Shown here: piece by piece, positions 30,448-44,578 of the stretch
Position numbering within the stretch: the stretch's first letter is position 1
Layout of the letters: the number at the start of each line of letters is the position of its first letter
Source: Kudoa neothunni
Lineage: Eukaryota; Animalia; Cnidaria
Assembly: GCA_964304625.1 (NCBI GenBank)
Contig: OZ199839.1
Coordinates: 7,587,166-7,651,165 of the forward strand
Reading direction: 5' to 3'
DNA length: 64,000 nt
Translations under genes and position numbers: made by a program
The notes under the pieces: model-generated
What the model saw: the letters and a program-made list of their open reading frames with translations, nothing else
Database searches by the model: none
Told to the model about the DNA's origin: nothing

Positions 30448-31139
30448 GTGGTCGACTTCTTTTATGAAACAGATGTTTGCTTTCTTGATTTCAATAAACG
30501 GGTCAAATTCGACACAGAAGGATCTTTGACCGAAATAGACGAAACTCTTCTCCACGGAAAACAAAATAATCGTGGGTACTTTTTAAAAGAATATATTTCA
30601 AAGATATTTTCAAACAAGGAAACTATTAATCTAACTGATTGTTGGTATGAATCAACACATTATATTTCATTATTAATCATATAATAATTGACGGAATGAA
30701 TGGAAATCAATAAGGGCATTTAAACAAGGAAGCATCCGATAATTATTCAACCATTATATATGAAGATCTCGCCCACATTCGTATATATATATATATTTAA
30801 ATATCATGAAAGAAGAAAAAGATATAATAATCTTATTGATGGACCATGGATATTTGGTTTTGCAATATATCAAGTCGATGACCAACATGAAATGTGGCTA
30901 CAAATGTTCCATACTACGACGTAAACAAAGAAATTATCAAAAATGGAGTCATTGTTAAGTCGCCATTTTTATTAATGAATGGTCGACATACAATAGTTTA
31001 CCATCATTTGATTACGACAAAAATCCGAATTAATCATTCTACAGAATATGTTCAACACAAAATCCATTCAAATACCATAGAAACATGCTGGAGAAGATTG
31101 AAAATCAAATTCTTAAGAATAAAAAGGAGTTGTCTTTGA
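30448..31139 (+). pseudogene. Merlin/IS1595-like DDE transposase remnants
   Basis: Fragments EIDETL..K.NNRG, TINLTDCW, GPWIFG and INHS..HSNTIETCWRRLK. Confidence 0.75.
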
Positions 31140-34100
31140 AAATATTAGAAAAGTGTAATCTAAATAGACAATGCATTATTTTCTATGTATTAATTTACCT
31201 TAAATTCTGTTTCTTTTGTTCGTGTTCATGTATCTTCATTTCTATGGTTGCTATGGACTCACTTTTCGTTCGGCACGTGGACGCTTCTAATTATCGTTCG
31301 TGTTCGTGCCTGTCAAAAAATGGGACCATTCCTTTATAAATGTTGAAGATGTTCAAAAGTCTCTTGATAATGAGGCATTTTTTTCATAGAATGATTACAG
31401 ACTGAGATCTATAGAATGAGGTAACTCTTGGTAGAAATGCAGGACAGTGACCGCACTTGCGCATAACTTACCGAAGTTTAACGAATGCGAAATGAAAATA
31501 AGAACAAGATCTTTTTTAATTTCGTGCCAAAGCGTAAAGAATAAATTTTTATTTTGGCTTTGAAGCAAAAACACTGCGATATATTCTATTCATGAGAACT
31601 TTTTAGCTGTTCATTGTTGGCGTCAAACTCTTTTTAGACATAAACAAAGATTTCTTATATTTGAGTTGTGAACCTGATTATTTCATAAACTAATAGAGTT
31701 TTCATAATTTCTAAAAATTCTTCATATTACGATTTAACTGTTGAAACTCATAAAATTTATAACGTTATTGTAATTAAACGAGAAAGAATTAACTGTGGTA
31801 CTTCTTCTTGGTGGCATAATATTCGGTAATCGCTTAATTCATTTAGATTAAGTGGGACAGGCGTTCTGCATTTTTACCAAACTTTCAGTCAATCGGTGCA
31901 AAACCTGCGATAGGAAAAATCACAATAGGTTTTATTTAACTTTTTCCCCATTATAAGACCAGTTTTCTATAATTTTTTTATTTAATATGGAGAATTAACT
32001 CTTATTTTGGGAATAGTTTGAATATTTGTAGAAAATAAAACTTCCTCTCCGCTATTTAGTTCATATAACAAAATTAATAAAATATTTTTTTTAACAGACA
32101 AAATAACGTTTGTATTGAAAGGAATACGATGTGGCACATGTAACTTGATTATTATGTTTATCTTTTCATTAAAAATGAAAACGAAATGACAATAAATCTC
32201 AGAATAGACGTTTTTAATGATTATTTTATATTTTTAAGTTTCATTATGACAGAGATTATTTGCATGGTGCATTTTAATAGTCAATGGCATGCACATTGAA
32301 AATATTTAATCCCGGGTACTTTTACTCGCTAAATTGTAAGAAAATTGAATTTATTGAATCCTGTTATATTCAATTACTGTTGGCCTATCACATCTCTTTT
32401 AGGGGTCAGAAATAATTTAAAAAAGTCAAAACTAGGGACATCGGAATAATATTTACCACGCAAATAATCATTTATTATTATTAAATAAATTACATAGTTA
32501 AAGCTATCTTGTTATATAATTCAGAATATTTAGATTTCGGGCATGTTATTAGGTCTTCTATTAAAAATTAACTTAAGAAAACCATAAGGTCTTATTTTTT
32601 GGGTAAATCTTAGAATCGGTGAAACACAGTTTTGCATTAAAAGCAATAAGGCTTTTTGTTATAAAGCTAATCAAGAAAAATTATAGCCTTAATGTCATAA
32701 TAAAATTAATCTTCAACAAGAGAGACAACTTTGAATGGAAAACTTTTTTGTGTCACCCTCGCTATTGTCAACTTGAAAGTTTACGACCAGCTAAAATTCA
32801 GCATTATAATTACAATTTTTTGGCAGATATTATTTCTCCCTGCACAATTACGGAGTGTTAGTTATCCATAGAAATAACAAACTTTGAGTTTGACCTGGGG
32901 AAAAACTCGTTTGTACGTAATATCAAAAAATTTGTTTAAACAAATTATTTTAGATTAACATAATAGAATGTATATAATAATGGATCAGATTATTAAAATT
33001 GCATGTATATATAATATTCCAAAAACAACTGATATATGGAGTAAAAATGATAAACATCATTCTTTTATTGATAGATCTGTGAATAACATTGTTTAGACTA
33101 AAAAGTTTTTTAGAACGAAATTATACAATTCCCATAGATGTATTCATCTGTGAGTATAAATAAAATTTGCATTGAGTTTTGTAATAAATTCTCACTGAAT
33201 AAATACAACCTCAGAATCGTTTATGACGCTGCAGCAAATAAGCTATCAGATTAAACGTGTTTAATGTAACCATATGCGCAGGCCATCGACATAACACAAC
33301 GTATCCTGATGTGAAGCGTGAATTGTGAAATATGCGTGGATGAATAAATTGTTTAAAATAATGCTTTCGCCTGTGCAATTGTCTAAGTTTTAGATCCATT
33401 TAGTCATAACAATTAAAAGTCTTAATTAGTTACAATGAATAATTTTTGGGATTTACATAAAATTCATATATTTGAGAAATTAATTTCTGATTGAATTACA
33501 TGGAATAAGGTAAAATTTAATAATAATAAAATGAGAAAAACTGCAAAACGTTATACACCTTCCTAAAAGTTACCAGCCACTACAGTATGAGTATTTTATT
33601 AATAAATTTCGTTGTACTCATTCAAAACAACAAGAATATAAAATATTCTTAAAGTTACATTACATACTATTGCGAACTGCTCAGCTTCGCACGGAATTGG
33701 GAAAATTTCATTATTGGAGAATATGGTCAAAAATAAAGAAAAATAAGATTTGAGTAGCCCAGAGGAGAAATTAAATAAATCTTTTTTTATATATTGTACT
33801 TTCAACGACTGTGATAGGCATAATAAAAATTTAGATCATTTTGGAGAGATTCTAAAAATAGAAAAAACTGTTTAACCCGATGATAAATGGCGATGATTAA
33901 TTTTAATCGTTCAAATTAATATCTTTATCAGACACATTTTTATACATTCTTTCCTCAAAATTGTTGTATAGCCCCTTAATATAACAAAAAATTTAAAATA
34001 ATTAGATAAAGTATATTTCAATTTATACATTAAATCATACTTCTTAAAATTAAGTCTAACGGTTTCTACAACGAAATTTGGGGACCTAGTTTCAGTATGT

Positions 34101-36789
34101 AAGGATTGAAGCCACTTGATTTCAACATACGCTTCCAATTCTTCATTAATTTAGAAAATTTTCCTATTTTTGCTGTATTAAAGGCCATCTATAGAACTTT
34201 TGGAATGTATTTATCAAGCCAAATATATTAAAAATTCCAAAAATAAGGAGTGTGTTTAAGCATACATTCCAATTGGACACATCTACTTTAGACGTACAGA
34301 TAGATAAACAATACAAGATGTATCTTGAAATTTTGAATTTAAAGCTTAAGTTCGAACCACTAAAAACGTTCAACATAACTTATAGAAATTCGGTATGCAT
34401 AGGTGTCGTCATAAGTAAACAAATATAATCCTACTAGCGCAAAAATCCCACTTCGCGAAGGCTTCCTTGCCCAGCTAAATAGGCTAACACCTGGCGCAGA
34501 CTAAAGCCTTTCTGATTTTTAAGTAAATAGCGCTAATGCCAAGTTTTGCCCAATACAGTGTGATGGAAAATTTAAACTTTTAATTTTATTTTTCTATTTT
34601 AATTTATGCATCTTAAAGCATGTCATTATTTTTGCAATGTGATGATTTAGATAAACGAAATTATGCGTACACTTTCCATTAAAATATAAAAAAATGTATG
34701 GGGAGGAATTAATGAGTAATTTTAAATTTATTTTACAAATTATTGACCGGAAATATTATGACCTTAATTTTATGAGAAATGTAAATAGCGATTCAAGTTC
34801 AATTATTTAGGAAACAAAATCATTAGGTAAAATTAATAGGACTTCCAGTTCTTTTCAAAATTTTGCGATAAAAATTAATCCTTCTAGTTACAAAATTTAT
34901 TATTAGTCTACAAACGATAAAAAATTAAGATCAACCTAAGATGCCTCCGAAATATAAATATTAATTGTTATTCCTTTTTAACAATTTTATAATGATGCCA
35001 ATGATGTTTTGAAAAGCTGTGAGCGGTAACTTATGTATTCGTTATTATAACAAGATTTCCCGATTTATAAATAAATCCAACCTTGCTTTTTATCAAGAAT
35101 ACTTACTGTTTCAATAATACCAAAAATTTAATTACCAAAATACGATTTAGTCATAAATGTATAGGTGTTTTTGGTTTGAAAAATTACAGTAATACTTAAA
35201 CATCAACTAGTTTTCTTGAAGGAATGCACCTCTTTAAAAATTAACGTGCTGTTTGATCGCCCTAAACAAATTTCTTCGTATTGAACTATTTTCAAAATAA
35301 CGAAAACTTTGTGAAAATATCGGTTAGATCGAATAGATCAATAATTTCTTATTAACTTATATGGCACGTATTGAAACGGGACTGTATTGTGTGAAAAAGT
35401 AATCGTGAATATAAATTCTTAAATTAGGTATAGAATGCGGTGTCGCGTATTTTTATGCAGCTTTTATATCATAATGAATTAATGCGAGCCTAAAGAAAAA
35501 AGTATATTGATTTGAATATTAATCTTAAGGTCTAGGGGTAAGGAATAATTAGGTTACTAAGAACTTAAACATTATTTAAAAAATTGTCTCATCAAATATA
35601 GAAGCTTATCGAATTAATTATGTCAGCTGCTTTGCAAGCAAGTTTAGTAAAACCAAAAAATGAGTCAATACTTATCGAAAGACGAATATAGTTTCAATCT
35701 CAATCGATATTTTTGATAAAAAGAAATGTTCACAACTCAAGAATTCCAATGGAGCATAATTTTCATTTAATTTACAACAAAAATTTTAATATTTAAAAGC
35801 TCTACATACATTTCATATCGTTTTTAGGATACATATAGACTCAAATTATTCCAACGTGGCAACAACTTATTAACTCAAATTATGTGTTTTATTTAAAATG
35901 ATCATAATCTATTTTTATTAACTATATCCATAACGCTCGAAAAGAGAAAACACACCAAATAACTTGTTTACACTTCAAATTTTAAGGGAAATGAGACGTT
36001 ATTTTTATTTGTCTTAAAAGTACTCCGAACAGGCATATGTAAAATTTTTAGAACATTCTATACCATATTAAGAGAATCTTTTTCTATATAGTGAGTAAAA
36101 GTTCATTTTATTTGGCTATCAATCGGAAGTAAACAAATATTAATATTATGTAGGTGCTTTTTAATCTGCTATCTGAAGACAACCAGAAAATTCCTTATTT
36201 CGGACTGTGTTATTGACTATATTTATACTTCTAAGTAAATGATCGATAATAATAATAATATAGACAAGGACAGCACAATTTCCTACATTATTTTTGAACT
36301 TATGTCTATGTAATAACAAATAAAAGAATGTTTAAATTATCGTTAACTATTATATGACACATAAATATATATTTATAAGGAAAAAATTTTTGCCGCATGT
36401 AAGTTCTTAGGGGAACACACGGACAACTCAGCTTTGTATATGTAGTAGATGAAACAATATAAATTTTGGGCAATACTTCAAAGTAAATAATAAAAATTTA
36501 TCATTTAATTAAAATAGCTAATATTAAAATATCGACGAAAATTTTTCGAAATCACGCATTTATTTTATGAAATAAATAAATTTTTCTAAGTTGATTTTTT
36601 CATTTAATTATATTACCGCCCAAGTTATTAAAAGACTACGAAATTTTATTAGACTTTAATTAAAAAAATTGTCAATATCTGACCTTAAAATATAATCAAT
36701 TAACATTCATGCATTAAATATTTAGCCATCATTTTTTGGAATAATTAAAAAAATAACAGATTTCAAAATAATAAAGCGAAATTTATCAA

Positions 36790-38430
36790 CTCAGAGAGAA
36801 TAAAGTTATTGAAAGCAATCCATCAGTTCTATTGACGTCGGAAATATGTTCTTCTTATGTAACATATTAGAGAGAAATTTATAGTAGAGGTGACAAAAAT
36901 GAGTGTGGATGTCAGAATAAGCAAAATGGAAAAAACAAGGATGATCCATTTGTTATTCTTTGATTGGTGATACTTTATTGAAAGACGATTCATTTTATTT
37001 AATTTTGGTTGAGGAGATATTCTAATGAACAATTAAATTCAAAACTGACTAAAATAAAATTAACATTTTTGGTGATTCTTTGTATTCATTTAAACTGAAA
37101 TCAGTGATACGACCTATTCTCGGGTCATTGAAGACAGATGGTTGATAAAAATTGTAACTTTCCTTTCTAAATAACTTTTAAGTTGCTCCATTATACGGCA
37201 GTAGCAATATACTGGAATGCAGCTTCAACAATTATTGAATTAGAGTTGAGAGGTTTAAAAGTTTTAAAGAAGGTAGATAAAATAATAGTCGTAATGCAAG
37301 TGTAATAGTCGGCATCAGTTATCTAATTTTGAAATTATGTTGAATTATCAAGAAAATATAACTACGTATTGTCCGTGGATTTCATCCTTCATATAACACA
37401 CTTGAAGTGATTTTTCACTCACAATTTTTTCAAGGTCAGATAGTGGCAAATTTACAAAACGAAAAATGTTATTGTACACCTTGATAAAATTTAACAAATA
37501 TGGGGTTTCTCATGACTAACTAATTTATACCTTTATCTCATTGATATCGGAATGCGTGAAAAAATTTTTCATATTTTCAAAAGTACATTTGTCCTGTTTT
37601 ATACATAGTTTATCGTCGTAGAAAACAGACTTGATTCTTTCTACGCAGATTCTCATATCGAAGGATCCAATAAGTTGAATATTGACGCGGTGAATTTCCT
37701 TTAAAGGACAATGCGATCCAAGTTTAATATCACTTAAACTGATTTTAGTTGTTGATGGTAAACAATGATGTTCAATGTTTGTTGTTTGTTGATTTAATTT
37801 ATTCTAAATAATATTTTTACGGTCGTTTTGTATCAGTGATATCATATCAATTGACAAGTTAAGCAATTTACTTCTAGTTTATCACGTATGATATAGTAAA
37901 AAAGGCATTTTGGGCTAAGGAGGTAGAGTTTGTTTGCAAATATGTAGTAGCTTTCTCCCAAAGCATTGTATTCGGATATAAAATAGGGATGGTATTTGTG
38001 AGGTTGGTTGGTTATAAAGCTGATAGCCAAAAAGTCCATTGTGAGGTCAACAATCAGTGATTGATCAACTTCCTAGTTGGTACAGCAAATTGAACACTAT
38101 ATGTGTCACATTCAATAATAGAGACCTTGGTTATCATTTTGAAAATATAATCAAACATATGGAATAATCCACTCTTGTGTGAGTTTATCAATAATTGTTC
38201 ACCTTTCGTTTTTAGTTGGAGTTTCTTTTCGTACCCTGTTAATAATTCTCGATCTTCCTCCAGGCTTTTCAAACTCTGATCTTCACTTTCCCTTTGGAAA
38301 TAGATAAACACATGTGATTAGCATAAATTTACTCGGCATCAAAGAAGGGTTCATATAGCACTTGAAAATGAAGATTCGATGAATCGTCAACGAAATAGTG
38401 ATCAATCATTTGATCGATACAGAATCGTAT
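36790..38430 (-). CDS. Probable multi-exon gene of unknown function with a C-terminal hydrophobic segment; boundaries approximate
   Basis: Exon-like open stretches (e.g. 38054-38311, ~37530-37805) separated by short GT..AG segments; TM-like WIILVFSILLILTSTLIFV. No family recognised. Confidence 0.35.
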
Positions 38431-41400
38431 TTCTGCTAAACATAATAAAAAATATAAATATTTTTATGAGTATTTTAAATATTAAAATTAATTCATATAA
38501 ATCAAAAAGTTACATTGAGATGTTCAAATAATTAAAGGAATAATGTAAACAATTTTCTTATACCTATGATAATTAAAATAAATTATTATTATTATTGCAT
38601 AAATTAAATTTTTTAACTATAATAACAAATAATTTTATTACAGCTGCATGAAAATAATTGTTGTTCGATGTATAATAATGATTCCTTTTCTCCAGATAAC
38701 ACACTACCTTCGTACCTTATAATAGAAGAATGTTCGTTTCTTCTAACTACTATTATTCCATGCTAATATTGTGTGCATCAAAAACAAATATATAAACCAG
38801 ATTACAAATTTTTCTTCTGTAAACTTGCATGCAGCGTTGTTTGTCTTCGTTTGAGAAAATATTGTCAAGCATACAGACGCAAAAGTTAACAACATACTCT
38901 TGTACAGACTTCGGAGATGGTGAGTTCTTATGATCTATGATTAGAGCTGTCTAGTAACAATTAATCGACAAAACAGATTCAGTTGATAAAATTCGTTGTC
39001 TCCTGGAAATTAAGAATATATAAAAAAAATTTATATCCCATGTAAAATTAAACTTCGAATACATTAATTCAAATACAAAATTTTCTTTAAACGTTGATTA
39101 TAATAACTATAATTCTACTGTTAAAACCCTGGTCTTAATGATTAAACTGTTATCACTATAATTTTAATAGCTATTAATTTAATCACTATTATGTTAATTA
39201 CTATGATTTTAATTATTATTACTTTAAAATTCAAATAAATATGATTTATTTTGCAATAAATTATTATTATTATTATGACAAGTTATTGCGTGAACTACAT
39301 TTTAGATAGTAGAAACTGTTATTTATTCCAAATTGATCTATTTTTGTAATATGTTTACCACATTAATAGATTAAAAACAAGTTTAAGGACTTGTGAAGAC
39401 GGTTATTGTTAAGGTTAAATAGCGCTGAGTTCGATATTATATGGATTTCTTTATGAAACATTTGACTTTCTACAGTCAACATCAAATTTTAGGAACACTC
39501 TATATCTAATAGAAATTGTAGATTTTTAGCGTCTTATTAATCTATACTTAATCTTAAGACTCTATTTTGTTTACAACATTAAACCCTGTAACTTAGGAGT
39601 TTTTGTGTTTGATTGCCCGAACGTTGAATTTTAATGATTCAAAAACTAAAATAAAAAATTTAGTAAAATATTTTATTTCATAAAGAATGAAATAAAGTTC
39701 TCGTTGTTTCTTCGTTTTGATCTAGTTTATTATTAACTCATGTAGAGTCCAGGCGTGACATTTACCGATATCAATCATTTAATGATTTGAGTTTTTAACC
39801 TTTTGCCCATTTTTATTTATTAATGTTATTGTTATTAATGGGAAATGTGAATAAATTAATAATAAAATTAAGGAAATAATAAACCTTTTAGGGACTAAAT
39901 AAGAAATTTTCCGCTGTATTTTATTTGATAAATTTATTAAGTGAATAAAGTAAAATTACAACAGACGGCTTTAGAGTATTTTTTCCTGATTATCGTCTAT
40001 CGTCTACGCATATGAACATTACAATTCCTTTTTGTGTTGCTCCTTCTTGATAAATCTATTTTACGTAGCCAAAAACTAAACGCCACTATAATTGTTTAAA
40101 TTTTCTTGGAAGCCGAGAAACTACAAATTTTTAATTTTCCGAAAAAACGATTCATTATATCTTTAAAAAAAATAAAATTATCCTTAATTTTTAATAGTTG
40201 TCACATCTATTAATGAATAAACAGAGAAATAATATTATTAATTATTTGGGAGGACTATATTAGTTTTTGTTAGTTGTTAAAATATTTTTTAAGGTTATGA
40301 GGGGATTTTTTGGTCCGTGATATTTTTCCATTTACCTGAGCTATTTTGTTAAAAGTTTTCAAAACTTTATGTTTGAAATGAGAAATCATTCTGTTTACTA
40401 GAGAAGATTTTATATGAACTAATCCTAACATTCTATATAGCACAATATATTATAAACTCGAACATTATAGCAGAGTTTATCCTTTAGTCTAGATATTTTG
40501 TATAATTTTTATCAAATTTTTTAAGGGAATATACATTTGAATTTATCATTATTTTAGATATAGAGAAGTTTTCTTGATATTACTATGTTTAAAAATTTAA
40601 TAACCAACAATACATAACTTAGCATATGTGCCTCATATATGTGTGACGTTATTGTCCCACATAACCAGATTACAGACGGGCCATAATTTTATGCTGTATA
40701 TTTTACCTTTATTTTTATGTTACTTAATATGGCATCACAGCATGAGAGTTTACATACCTACATTAGATACAAATTATTCAATAGCTTATCAAGGTTGTTT
40801 CGCTTGCTTATAGAATCTCTTTTGCCTTTAATGTTATAAAATCATTTAAAAAACTTAAAGGCATATTTTTTCTCAGAGTTTTAATAATTAAATTAAGAAA
40901 AAAACAGAAACTAGGGACATTTAGTCAAATTTGTGGGGAGCCTAATAATCAAAGCTTATTATATTAGCTCCGAGGTAATTATTATTTTTTCGCAACATAA
41001 CACATTCTTTTATTTATTGGGGATTTATGATTATCACTGAATATTGCGAAATGAATAAAATAATTGAAATTATCCAGCAGATGATAGAAAAGATGAAATT
41101 ATGAAAGGAATGAGCTCGCGCTGGAAAAAAAATATTTTATGATAAACCTTTGGTTTATTCATGAAATAGAAACGAAAATAAGAATTTAATTGTTAAAAAT
41201 ATAACATTTATAAAAAGAATCAAAGTAAATGTAAACGTGTACAGTTATTTTATATTTTATTTATGAAGAATTGTGTTTTATAATGATAGCATTATGCCAT
41301 TTTTAATATTTATCATATCAAAGCAATATATTTATCTTTCAAGTGAACGATGTAGAAAAAATGCAATAACTAATTATTATATTTATTTGTTGTAACTAAC

Positions 41401-41559
41401 TTTTTAAAATATTAAGCATTTAAATAATACATTGAAATATAAAACAGAAGAATTTAAAGAGAAATATATTTATTTTAACAATTAAAGCTTTATTATTTAT
41501 TGGTAATAATATGAGAACTATAGATAAATAATTTATTGTTGTGAATAGTAGATGAGATA

Positions 41560-42303
41560 CAGTAGGCAACCGATAATACGTAATCTCCTCAGGACCATCA
41601 AAAAAAGTGCGTATTAAAAGTTGCAACCGATAATATACACAAAATGCGTGTGAGATTATTTATTTGTTGTGTTTTCTTGATTTTTTGGCATTTTTATTAT
41701 ATGTTTGCCTTAATTAGAATAACAAAAAAACATTGTTAAGATTATTTTGGTGAAAAATAATTCTAATTTTTTGTTTTAATCATATTTATTCATATAATAT
41801 TTATATCCTTTTACATTGGGGTAAAATTTAATGAATTGTCAGTTCTAACAAATTATAAATATTATTTTATATCTTATTCATTTTTTAGCGCAATATTATT
41901 TTTTATATTTTAATCTTAAAATTGTTAGTTATGTGCATCTATATCACTCTTTAATTGGCAACTAACATTGTCTCGAAACAATTTTTATTCTATTTTCATG
42001 AAATGGTCATTTTTTTAGAGATATCTCAAAACGATTTTCTATTAGTTCAAAAATCCAACCGTAAGAATTAAAATTTTACCCTCGTTTCCAATAAAAACAA
42101 TTTGATCTACGTGGTTTAGCCGAAAAAAGTGCGTATTATCGATTAGTCCGTGATATAACAGATTGTAAATTTCCTAGTTAAATTAAAAGATATTTTTAAG
42201 ACTTTTATTATTTTACAATCATAAAAATATTATAAATGTTTCACCCAATATAAACTTTGAATACATCGTATCGATGAAAGTGCGTATTATCGGTTGCCCA
42301 CTG
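41560..42303. mobile_element. Tc1/mariner-pogo type MITE
   Basis: TIRs CAGTAGGCAACCGATAATACG / CGTATTATCGGTTGCCCACTG flanked by TA; internal repeats of AAAGTGCGTATTA. Confidence 0.8.
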
Positions 42304-42340
42304 TAGTCGAGAAAAGTCTAAATTGCATTATAATTTATAG

Positions 42341-44468
42341 CAATGTTTCCCAGCCTTATTTTATCACGTCCCACTTTTTCTCGATAACAAATTCGACGCC
42401 CCACATTTTTCAAAAGTACTGATTTTTCAATTTAAACTGCTTATAATTTTGATTCAAGCTTCATATCAAATTCAAATTTGAGCGTGGTTAATGTATACTT
42501 TTTTTCTTACTAAAATTAAAATATATTCAATCTTATCCAACTTAATTTATTGATAGTCCTTAAAAATTAACATTTTTAGTTCTTAATTCTGTCAAAAATT
42601 TGTTGGTGCAATTAATTGATCGCAATCAACTTTATAATAATAATTGATCTTAGCAGACGAAATTAACTGAAATTAATTGAAATTATGACTTTTTACACAA
42701 AAATTTCTAATAAGATATAAGTAAAATCGAAAGTTTTGTGTTTTGTTGAGGAAATTCACTTAAAGACTCGTTTTGAAAAATGATACTGGATGTTTCAGTA
42801 GAGTGAAATTGTTGGAAGATACAAAAAGGTCAAGTGTTATTCAGCTTAATTTGCTTTTACCAATAAAAAAGTATAATGAATCAATTTTAGCATCAATAGA
42901 AAAATTAGAAATTTCTGAGTTGCATAGTCATTTTAAAAAGTTCTATTCAATATTTTTAGCTCTACAAAAATCGAGTATTATTACAGCACTCGCAAATTAT
43001 TTTTTCGATTAAGTTATGAAAGCGTACCCAATATTGTATGAACTTCTATGTAAGAATACAATATTACACATCTGTGGAGTTCTGAAGACGGATCATTCAA
43101 AATTCGTGAAGATAGTATTGATGAATTAACTTCTGAAGGGAAACATGCTGTGTTCAATCTAAAATTGTCCAAGTAAATTTTAATAGAAGAAACCGACTCT
43201 TATTGAATCCAATTATTATTCCCTTAATATCATAAAAAATCGAAATTCCTCATCATATAAGCAAAAGATTTACTCTATCATCATCTAACCTGGTTGGAAT
43301 ATTATTCGGCTACGCTGGTTATACCTTTGACGACCTTCGCCAAAATTATTCCTCCATAAATCTCGAAGCGCAAATATTTCTAAGATCCAATAAAAGATTA
43401 TGGATCAATAAAATTGTTTAGAAATTTGTTTGAATGAATTTACAATTTATAATTAATTTTTCTCTAGTTTATTGTTTTTTTATTGTATTTTGTTTATGTT
43501 ATATCTTGTATGTCAAAGTTTTTTATTATTTACGTACAAAATAAAAATAAAATGAACGGCAGAAAAACCAGTTGTTTAATTTTATTTCAATTTACATTTG
43601 ATTATGTGGCTTCAATAAATGTCTAAATATGCGTTGCATAACGTGGTTCAAATTTTAGATTCTTTCAATAAAGATAAATTTTATCAATAAAATATTGAAC
43701 TCCTCTCCCTATGAGATTTCAAATATAATTATTCAGACATTATACCCACTAATTAAATTTTCGAATTTAAATTGTATATTAATGCTATAAAATATGAAAG
43801 ATTTCTTGTTATTTTTATTTGAGATCGTAATAACTAATGGAAAATTTTTATGCCAAAGTACATAAATGATCTACAGTGATGTTGGATTATCTATCGCCAA
43901 CAGTTTTCTAATAACTGTAATAATTGATTCTGAAAATTTGCAATTAAAATTAATCGATTGTACACTAAATAATTGATTTTTAGAATAAAAAGTAATTTTT
44001 GACCATCTCTGCTCTTTGTAATCTAGTTTGCATTAAGCATTACTTTCTTGTTTACAAGTCTTAAGACCCAATTGAAAGACTCTGGATAGAGAATTAATTA
44101 ATATTATATTAGGTTTAAACAAAAAAGAGATATATGATTCTAAATGAGACAAGATCGAGATTCGAACAATTCTGATTCTATTCAAATTGAGACAAATTAA
44201 ATGTTATTATTTATTTTTTATAATTGTTAATTTTTGGGGGAATTTTTTATGATATTAGGAGTCACTTAAAAATAAATGAGAATCGAGGTATTGATTTCAA
44301 AGTACGTCATAATGTCCACTTATTTCATGATTATTCATGCCACATAAATGCTCAGGATTTTCCGTGTCCCACCAGAGGCATTCATTAAACGTTCCAAAAT
44401 TTCTATTCCTCAACAAAATTCTTCCACGCTCCATCAGTGGGGCGTCACTCCATCGTTGGGAAACACTG
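42341..44468. mobile_element. Non-autonomous hAT-like element
   Basis: Termini CAATGTTTCCCA / TGGGAAACACTG; 8-bp TSD ATTTATAG / ATTTACAG. Confidence 0.78.
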
Positions 44469-44578
44469 ATTTACAGTAATACAGTCACTTATGGATTTCG
44501 TATAATATTGAAGTAAAACAAAAATTAGAATGGACATTAATTCTATTCATGACACAGAAAACAACATATCATTATATA

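Noticed and set aside
33170-34390. Possible minus-strand multi-exon gene
   Set aside because: Some exon-like stretches, but I could not build a consistent splice model or recognise a domain.
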